Positions 7,406 to 12,235 of a stretch of 12,235 bases of DNA are shown piece after piece (position 1 is the stretch's first letter; each line of letters starts with the position of its first letter). Origin of the DNA: a virus (taxonomy: Duplodnaviria; Heunggongvirae; Uroviricota; Caudoviricetes); IMG/VR virus record IMGVR_UViG_3300008259_000020, positions 98,991-111,225 of that record; one strand, given 5' to 3'. The notes beneath the pieces were generated by a model, which had not been told where the DNA came from, did no database searches, and was given only the letters and a program-made list of their open reading frames with translations. The position numbers and the translations under genes were made by a program.

Positions 7406-9167
7406 CTTTGTTTCTTATTTTACGCCAGATGCTGTTTTCACTTTGCTCGGAGTTTTGAGAATACCCTTCCCAAGGTAGACTATCTATCTCACCATTTATA
7501 TATGCTTCTTTAAACTCTTTGATGGTCAAGTCTGGATGATCTTGTTTCCACTGTATCTTGGCAAGTTTAGTGTCTGCTTGATTTTCAATAGCAACTAGTT
7601 CGTCTATTCGCTTTTGTCTATCTGCATCAATTGGTACTTCACTCGATTCCAATCCTGCATCATCTTCAATTGCGGTGGTAGCAGGGTCTTCTGCACGAAG
7701 TTCTCCCAGGCCTGCATCTGCATCAGCGTTAATTTTCTGTATAGGTCCATCATCGATTAGTCCTCCGTTTTGAGATCTTGTTCCAGACATGGTATCATCC
7801 GTCTCAGATCCTTTATCGTCGGTGCTGGCGTTCTCTGAGGTGGTGCTGGCAGTACTATCGCTTGTTGTACTGGCTGCGGGTGTTTTACTATCTGATTGTT
7901 CATTATCAGGTCTATCAGATACATCATTGTTTACATCCTTGTTTGTATCAACACTGTTTTGCCGAAGAGACTCCTTGCGAAGTTCTCTTTGAAAATTAAA
8001 TGTGTGCTGACTTGCAATTAGAAGTAACACAGCCAATGGATCAAACACAAAAATAATTAAAATAATTACCCAACGGACTGCTTCTTCTAAAAGATCTTTA
8101 TCTTCAGATTTGCCGTATACAAATTCTGCAAGATACTTGATAGGACCTACTTCTGCTTCTAGTTTTCTATATTCAGACTCAAGTCCATATTTCTGTTCTG
8201 TTAAGGCAGATACAACAGTTTCAGCCTCGACAATAATCTTATTTTGTTTTTCTACTTGAGCAGCAACTTTTGCTTCGTCGGTTACACCTAGTTGCTGTCT
8301 AAGTCTGTTGATTAATTCGTTGGAGTTTGCAATCTCTGTTTCGGCTAAACTGCGTAGTCTTTGAATCTCTGCTCGAGCAGTATCAATTACAGGTGATGAT
8401 AGTTTACTGCTTTCTTGTGCAATTAATTCTGCTAGACGTTGTTTTTCAGCAGTCTGTGCAGTTCTGTATGAGTCAATTGCTTGTGTAGTTGCAGGACCTA
8501 ATTGACCATCTGCACGAACACCTACCAATGCTTGTAATGCTTTGATGTTGTCAGTTGCAATGTATTGTTCTATGCTTTGTAGATTGCCAGTGATTGTGTT
8601 TAGTTGGTCTTCATACAAAGATAGTCCACCGCCAAGGCGTTGTTCTTCTTTGGTGATAATAACGTTTTGTTCATCAATTGCTGGTTGAATACGAGTGTAT
8701 GCACTGTCGATACGTTCTTGTTCTTTGTCAATCTGTGCTTGTATTTCTGTGTCGCGATCTGTGCCGGCTACTTCAAGTTGTTCGATTTCTTGCTCTGCCT
8801 TGGCAATGACGTCTTGTTGTCTAAGTATTTGACTGTCTATCTGTTCTAATCTTGCTAGACCGTCTTTGGCACTGGCAGTTTGATCGATGTGTGCTTTGGA
8901 CAAAAATCCAAAAATACCCATCGATGTGATCAACATCAGAACAGCAACAGATATGGTTAGATAAGTTTTTAACCACCATACTGCATGTTCCCAATAATAG
9001 TGTAACCACACTACGGTAACTAATTTTGCTATTTCAAGTATACTGCCCATTATGATGATAGGCACTGCTGCCGCAGCAAATATTGCTACGAGACCTGCAA
9101 CAGAATAGTATATTGCAACAGCACTGATACTCAATGCTGTTAGCATTGTAAGAATTCCTAAACCCAT
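7398..9167 (-). CDS. Membrane protein with long coiled-coil, PG_binding_1-like motif and acidic tail, 589 aa
   Basis: N-terminal hydrophobic helices (aa ~1-90), an E/Q/A-rich coiled-coil, 'IKALQALVGVRADGQLGPATTQAI' (~8465-8555), a further hydrophobic segment 'WVIILIIFVFDPLAVLLLIA', and a D/S/T-rich tail. Confidence 0.7.
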   Translation of the reverse strand: MGLGILTMLTALSISAVAIYYSVAGLVAIFAAAAVPIIIMGSILEIAKLVTVVWLHYYWEHAVWWLKTYLTISVAVLMLITSMGIFGFLSKAHIDQTASAKDGLARLEQIDSQILRQQDVIAKAEQEIEQLEVAGTDRDTEIQAQIDKEQERIDSAYTRIQPAIDEQNVIITKEEQRLGGGLSLYEDQLNTITGNLQSIEQYIATDNIKALQALVGVRADGQLGPATTQAIDSYRTAQTAEKQRLAELIAQESSKLSSPVIDTARAEIQRLRSLAETEIANSNELINRLRQQLGVTDEAKVAAQVEKQNKIIVEAETVVSALTEQKYGLESEYRKLEAEVGPIKYLAEFVYGKSEDKDLLEEAVRWVIILIIFVFDPLAVLLLIASQHTFNFQRELRKESLRQNSVDTNKDVNNDVSDRPDNEQSDSKTPAASTTSDSTASTTSENASTDDKGSETDDTMSGTRSQNGGLIDDGPIQKINADADAGLGELRAEDPATTAIEDDAGLESSEVPIDADRQKRIDELVAIENQADTKLAKIQWKQDHPDLTIKEFKEAYINGEIDSLPWEGYSQNSEQSENSIWRKIRNKDE

Positions 9168-9171
9168 GTAA

Positions 9172-9177
9172 TATTTA
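9172..9177 (-). promoter_or_regulatory. TAAATA box 4 nt upstream of ATG (probable leaderless transcript)
   Basis: GATAAATATTACATG, with no room for a Shine-Dalgarno between the box and the start. Confidence 0.55.
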
Positions 9178-9207
9178 TCCTACCATTTTTAGCAATATAG
9201 CAGTAGA

Positions 9208-9585
9208 TTAATTTCTACGCATTTGTGCAATATCTGTTGCATCTTGTTTCTTGTCTGCAAAGATAGGAACCATATTGCTTTTATGCATTGTAGCGACACC
9301 AAGCAGTTGACGTTCTCCGCTATAAACCATAGGTTCTTTAGCAGGCCCGTGACCTGCTACACGATCGCTGGTCATTCTAGGACCAGTTGAATAATCAGGA
9401 ATATCGTAAATGCCTACACGTTGACCTTTTTTGTCCACAGGCAATTTTGCTTTGCCTACACCCATTTTCTTAAGCCACGTTTCATGATCTGCTTTTGCGG
9501 CTTCTAACTTTTTACTGTTAGAAGTCTTCTTCTTTGAATTGTATTTTGTAGTAGTAAGGTATGGTCCCACAAGGTGCATACTCAT
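9208..9585 (-). CDS. Conserved basic hypothetical protein of T4-like phages (MHKSN motif)
   Basis: C-terminal 'GVATMHKSNMVPIF...A.DIAQMRR' is a recurrent T4-like phage motif. Start reassigned to ATG 9585 (GGAG 7 nt upstream, downstream of the sigma70 promoter). Confidence 0.7.
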   Translation of the reverse strand: MSMHLVGPYLTTTKYNSKKKTSNSKKLEAAKADHETWLKKMGVGKAKLPVDKKGQRVGIYDIPDYSTGPRMTSDRVAGHGPAKEPMVYSGERQLLGVATMHKSNMVPIFADKKQDATDIAQMRRN

Positions 9586-9611
9586 AGAAAGGCTCCATAG
9601 TTGATACAAAT

Positions 9612-9640
9612 ACTGTAACACATATGGAGCCCGATGTCAA
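9612..9640 (-). promoter_or_regulatory. Sigma70-type (early) promoter
   Basis: TTGACA (9640-9635), 17-nt spacer ending TGT, then TACAGT (9617-9612). Confidence 0.65.
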
Positions 9641-9641
9641 C

Positions 9642-9899
9642 TTAAGATTGAAACTTCTTTGGAGAACCCCAATAGTCAAATGCTTTGACTTTGATAAATC
9701 GCTTGTTAGTTTCGTTCTTGTTTGGATTTTCGATAGTAAGAACTACATTCTTGTTCTTTTTCCAGGCCTGTAATTGATTTATTACACGCTCGCTAGATGC
9801 AAGATACTCGCTTCTTAACTGATTTGTAATTCTTGCTGAAACATTGCTGTGAAGTCCTTGAGATGTAAAACCCGAACTCTTTCCGCCTTTTTTGGCCAT
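9642..9899 (-). CDS. Basic hypothetical phage protein, 85 aa
   Basis: GGAGG RBS with a TAAATA box upstream (9922-9927); Lys-rich with 'LTIENPNKNETNKRFIKV'. Confidence 0.8.
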   Translation of the reverse strand: MAKKGGKSSGFTSQGLHSNVSARITNQLRSEYLASSERVINQLQAWKKNKNVVLTIENPNKNETNKRFIKVKAFDYWGSPKKFQS

Positions 9900-9921
9900 T
9901 GCCGATCCTCCATTATGTAGG

Positions 9922-9927
9922 TATTTA
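9922..9927 (-). promoter_or_regulatory. TAAATA late-promoter-like box
   Basis: Lies immediately after the porin terminator and before the RBS of 9642..9899. Confidence 0.55.
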
Positions 9928-9935
9928 TTGAATAC

Positions 9936-9971
9936 AAAAAAAAAAGGGTTCTATTTTATAGGACCCTTTTT
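9936..9971 (-). terminator. Intrinsic terminator downstream of the porin (possibly bidirectional)
   Basis: Minus strand AAAAAGGGTCCTAT-aaa-ATAGAACCC followed by 10 T; stem with one mismatch. Confidence 0.85.
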
Positions 9972-9992
9972 GACTTTGTATTTTAGCGTAGA

Positions 9993-10784
9993 TTAGAAGT
10001 TAAATGATACGCCAATTGCAGGAGTAGTTTCTTCAGTGTCTAGATTGTAACCAACTTCAGCAAATGCACTTAGGCTATCCTTGGTGTAGACAACGCCAGC
10101 ACCGATGTTCTGTGCCATGTCGGTTTCGTCACCGTTGATGAAAGCAGAAACGTCTAGTGCGTCCATTGCACCGTAAGTACCCATTGCTTCATAAGCAAAT
10201 TCATCAGCATAAGTAACAGTTACGTTAGCATAAAGTGCTTCGCTAACATCAACACCAGTTGCTACTGCAACAGTAGTGTCCTCGGTGTCAAGATTGTAGT
10301 CAAGTGCTCCGGCTACATCAATCTTACCGTAGTCGTTGCTATAAGCAATCTGAACGTTTTCAATGTCGCCTACATTGGTGCTGATGTCAGTTAAACCAAC
10401 AAGAACTTCAACTGCACCGTGGCTAACAATCACACTCTCGTGATCGTCTGCTGGATCAGCAAGAGTATCGCCGCCAACAACTTCTAAGCCGCCAAAGCCA
10501 AACAAGTCGCCTTGATCGCCAAAACTAACACTAGTGCCGCCAAATGCTACACCAACATGCCACGAGTCAACAACAAGATCGCTGCCGTCTGCTTCTACGC
10601 CAACAGCGCCAAATGCAGTTGCGCCTTCGGCTTTGTGACCAAATGACAATTCAACAGTTGGAGTTGCAACAAAATTGCCAGCAACGTTTTTGGTGAATTC
10701 AGCGCCAACAGTGCCGCCAAAATCAGCAGCAAATGCAGCACCAGCAAATGCAATGGCTGCAACAGTAGTAAGTAATAGTTTCAT
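9993..10784 (-). CDS. Outer-membrane porin, Rhodobacter/Roseobacter-type beta-barrel
   Basis: Signal peptide MKLLLTTVAAIAFAGAAFA, alternating amphipathic beta-strands, very acidic loops, and a C-terminal BAM signal 'IGVSFNF'. Confidence 0.8.
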   Translation of the reverse strand: MKLLLTTVAAIAFAGAAFAADFGGTVGAEFTKNVAGNFVATPTVELSFGHKAEGATAFGAVGVEADGSDLVVDSWHVGVAFGGTSVSFGDQGDLFGFGGLEVVGGDTLADPADDHESVIVSHGAVEVLVGLTDISTNVGDIENVQIAYSNDYGKIDVAGALDYNLDTEDTTVAVATGVDVSEALYANVTVTYADEFAYEAMGTYGAMDALDVSAFINGDETDMAQNIGAGVVYTKDSLSAFAEVGYNLDTEETTPAIGVSFNF

Positions 10785-10933
10785 AAAGTTTTTCCCTTTG
10801 TTATTATAATGGCAAATTTCTTGCTCATTCGTAATATTAGTTATAACAGATATTCTGTAAAATACAACTAGTTTGAACAGATATCTAGGGTTTTTTGAAA
10901 ATGCTTTTTAAATGTGTGTTCAATGTGCAACAG

Positions 10934-11063
10934 TTACATAACACCTTGCATTTTTTCAATTACTGGTACCAGTCTTTCAAGTATGACAGTAATCAGTATG
11001 AATGCAAGTAAACCAAATAAAACCCAATTTTTCTTCTGGTGCTGGGTTATCGTTGTCGTCCAT
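10934..11063 (-). pseudogene. Small ORF, apparently frameshifted single-TM peptide
   Basis: TAAATA(11069-11074)-5 nt-ATG gives MDDNDNPAPEEKLGFIWFTCIHTDYCHT* (to 10977). Removing one A from the A5 run at 11028-11032 gives MDDNDNPAPEENWVLFGLLAFILITVILERLVPVIEKMQGVM* (to 10934). Confidence 0.35.
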
Positions 11064-11067
11064 ACAA

Positions 11068-11223
11068 CTATTTAGTTTTACGACGAGTGTTTTTCTTTGG
11101 CTGTTCCACTGTTGGCTTTAGAGTGACGTGACGTTCTTTATATCTTCCACAACGACCTTTGCCTACATAGTAGGGAGTGCCATCTTCTCGCAGGTATTCG
11201 TAAACATAGTAATCTGTGTGCAT
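11068..11223 (-). pseudogene. Truncated GIY-YIG (Seg-like) homing endonuclease, 51 aa
   Basis: Manual translation: MHTDYYVYEYLREDGTPYYVGKGRCGRYKERHVTLKPTVEQPKKNTRRKTK*. The YVY...YVGKG motif is present, but the catalytic Glu helix is not found in any frame. TAAATA box 5 nt upstream (11229-11234). Confidence 0.75.
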
Positions 11224-11276
11224 AATAGTATTTATGAGGAGATTCTGTTGCTACGCTCTCCCCGGGCGCCCTGTAG

Positions 11277-11321
11277 TTATGCTGCTAGAGCAAACTCAGA
11301 AGGTGCAAAATTTTCATTTGC
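11277..11321 (-). other. tmRNA tag reading frame ANENFAPSEFALAA*
   Basis: Follows 'caact', with resume codon GCA at 11321 and TAA at 11279-11277. The C-terminal LAA is a Clp degron; the tag resembles alphaproteobacterial tags (AND/ENFA...AA). Confidence 0.92.
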
Positions 11322-11373
11322 AGTTGTCAACTCCATCCTGCCTAGTTCGTTGATCGATCCTATGTCAGGCCCA

Positions 11374-11535
11374 TCATAAAAATACTGCGATTAATCCTAA
11401 TACTAAAACAAATATAATACTTACATTACCCCAAAAGATCTGTTCTTGCTCAGTCGGTACCTGTTCATCACAGTACTTTTTCCAATCAAGATCTTCGCTT
11501 CTGTCTTTACTCTCATCGTAATATACATACATCAT
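11374..11535 (-). CDS. 53-aa tail-anchored membrane peptide inside the tmRNA intervening segment
   Basis: MMYVYYDESKDRSEDLDWKKYCDEQVPTEQEQIFWGNVSIIFVLVLGLIAVFL*. It starts 11 nt after the CCA and stops 1 nt before G1, filling 162 of the 174 nt of spacer. Weak AAGAAG RBS. Confidence 0.7.
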   Translation of the reverse strand: MMYVYYDESKDRSEDLDWKKYCDEQVPTEQEQIFWGNVSIIFVLVLGLIAVFL

Positions 11536-11611
11536 CAGTCTTCTTATGGTGGACCTGCCGGGTGCCGCCCCCGGGTCTCATCCGTGTTCAGTGAACTTCA
11601 ACATCACAAGT

Positions 11612-11655
11612 TATTTATATGCTAAAACAGTCAACCAGTCAAGAACTTTTTTGTG
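11612..11655 (-). promoter_or_regulatory. Composite sigma70 plus T4-late promoter driving the tmRNA gene
   Basis: A-tract UP element, TTGACT (11642-11637), 17-nt spacer, then TATAAA. The -10 region is also an exact TATAAATA (11619-11612). Confidence 0.7.
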
Positions 11656-11667
11656 TATGCTTGTTCG

Positions 11668-12234
11668 TCATTTCGCTGCTGCAATACGACGTGAGAGAGT
11701 GGCTTGAGCGTTGTATTCCTCTTGCCATTTCGACGGGCCGTTGGAGGGCGACACCTGAACTGCCGTAACCTTGTATTCTGGACAGTTGGTAGCCCAATCG
11801 CTGAAATCGGTGGTGATAACATTGGCTTGGGTGTCGGGGTGGTGGAAGGTGGTGTAGACCACGCCCGGATTGACTTTGTCGGTCAGTGTTGCTCGCAGGG
11901 TGGTTTCCCCGGCACGTGAGGCCAGACGCACCCAATCACCCTCTTTGACACCGCGCACTTCAGCATCGTGGGGATGGATTTCCAACAAATCTTCAGTATG
12001 CCATATACTGTTCGCTGTGCGGCGTGTTTGGGCGCCCACGTTGTACTGCGACAGGATACGGCCCGTGGTGAGTAGCAGCGGGAAACGCGGGCCAGTGCGT
12101 TCATCAGTGGCAATATATTCGGTGTTGATGAACCGACCTTTGCCACGCACGAAGGCATCGACGTGCATCAAAGGCGTGCCTTCAGGCGCTTTTTCGTTGC
12201 AGGGCCACTGGACCGAGCCCATCTCTTCGATCTT
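11668..12234 (-). CDS. fdsA: Formate dehydrogenase alpha subunit (FdsA/FdhF), C-terminal molybdopterin-binding domain, partial; bacterial-type GC-rich DNA
   Basis: Motifs 'VQWPCN', 'LLTTGRILSQYNVGAQTRRT', 'EIHPHDAE.RG', 'GVVYTTFHHP' and 'TNCPEYKVTAVQV'. The frame is open to the window edge. A hand-counted 60-nt sample is 58% GC, well above the rest of the window. Confidence 0.93.
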   Translation of the reverse strand, partial: KIEEMGSVQWPCNEKAPEGTPLMHVDAFVRGKGRFINTEYIATDERTGPRFPLLLTTGRILSQYNVGAQTRRTANSIWHTEDLLEIHPHDAEVRGVKEGDWVRLASRAGETTLRATLTDKVNPGVVYTTFHHPDTQANVITTDFSDWATNCPEYKVTAVQVSPSNGPSKWQEEYNAQATLSRRIAAAK

Positions 12235-12235
12235 G

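Larger units (their letters stand above)
11236..11605 (-). ncRNA. ssrA: Circularly permuted (two-piece) tmRNA gene of alphaproteobacterial type
   Basis: Acceptor piece (~11605-11547) ends CCGGG-GGCGGCA-CCCGG-CAGGTCC-ACCA. Coding piece starts GGGCCTGACATAGGATCGA at 11372. The 7-bp acceptor stem has the G3.U70 alanine determinant. The tag ORF is followed by the terminal hairpin GGAGA-gcgtagcaacagaa-TCTCC (11261-11238). Piece ends other than CCA and G1 are approximate. Confidence 0.93.

Noticed and set aside
7790-7890. Short repeated ASTTS motif as a DNA repeat array
   Set aside because: Only two degenerate copies within a low-complexity protein linker.
290-8849. Plus-strand track ORFs (290, 1450, 4956, 5238, 5968, 7778, 7789, 8640) and nested minus-strand ORFs 6042 and 8821
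   Set aside because: All lie within well-supported minus-strand genes and show no recognisable motifs; they are antisense or alternate-frame shadows.
9586-9621. Extended start of the 137-aa ORF
   Set aside because: It overlaps the -10 box of the sigma70 promoter; ATG 9585 has a GGAG RBS.
11047-11070. TAG readthrough or alternative genetic code to extend the GIY-YIG ORF
   Set aside because: An in-frame TAA follows six codons later, and other genes translate fully under the standard code.
11547-11580. tRNA-like T-arm, acceptor strand and CCA read as a tRNA gene
   Set aside because: No anticodon arm. It pairs with GGGCCTG at 11372-11366 and is the acceptor piece of the permuted tmRNA.
11547-11670. 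tmRNA as the attachment site of a prophage
   Set aside because: The tmRNA is ~100 nt inside the AT-rich side and has a phage-type promoter. No integrase or duplicated core is visible, and ssrA is not expected right after fdsA. Cannot be fully excluded.
11128-12158. Track ORFs 11128(+), 11631(-), 11639(-), 11704(+) and 11883(-)
   Set aside because: They overlap the tmRNA, GIY-YIG or fdsA in other frames; the latter are typical of GC-rich DNA.
1-12235. CRISPR array, rRNA, IS or integrase
   Set aside because: No regularly spaced direct repeats, rRNA-like sequence, or transposase/integrase motifs seen.

Overview
About 11.65 kb of AT-rich, densely packed, almost entirely minus-strand sequence that reads as an accessory (host-takeover) region of a large T4-like phage, most likely infecting a marine alphaproteobacterium (Rhodobacteraceae-like). 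It abuts ~0.57 kb of GC-rich bacterial DNA encoding the C-terminus of a formate dehydrogenase alpha subunit. In transcription order (right to left) the phage part has: a circularly permuted two-piece tmRNA whose intervening segment holds an intact 53-aa membrane-protein ORF; a truncated GIY-YIG endonuclease; a Rhodobacter-type porin; two basic hypotheticals; a membrane coiled-coil protein with a peptidoglycan-binding motif; a hypothetical; ribosomal protein bS21; GMP reductase; a small heat-shock protein with a ROSE-like thermometer leader; ClpS; heme oxygenase; a low-GC glycosyltransferase-like gene; a PcyX-type bilin reductase; a probable capsid-internal protein; and CsgF plus CsgG. A 40-aa Cys/His-rich peptide missed by the ORF track is the only credible plus-strand gene. 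TAAATA late-promoter-like boxes mark many gene starts. All assignments come from manual motif recognition; no database searches were run.
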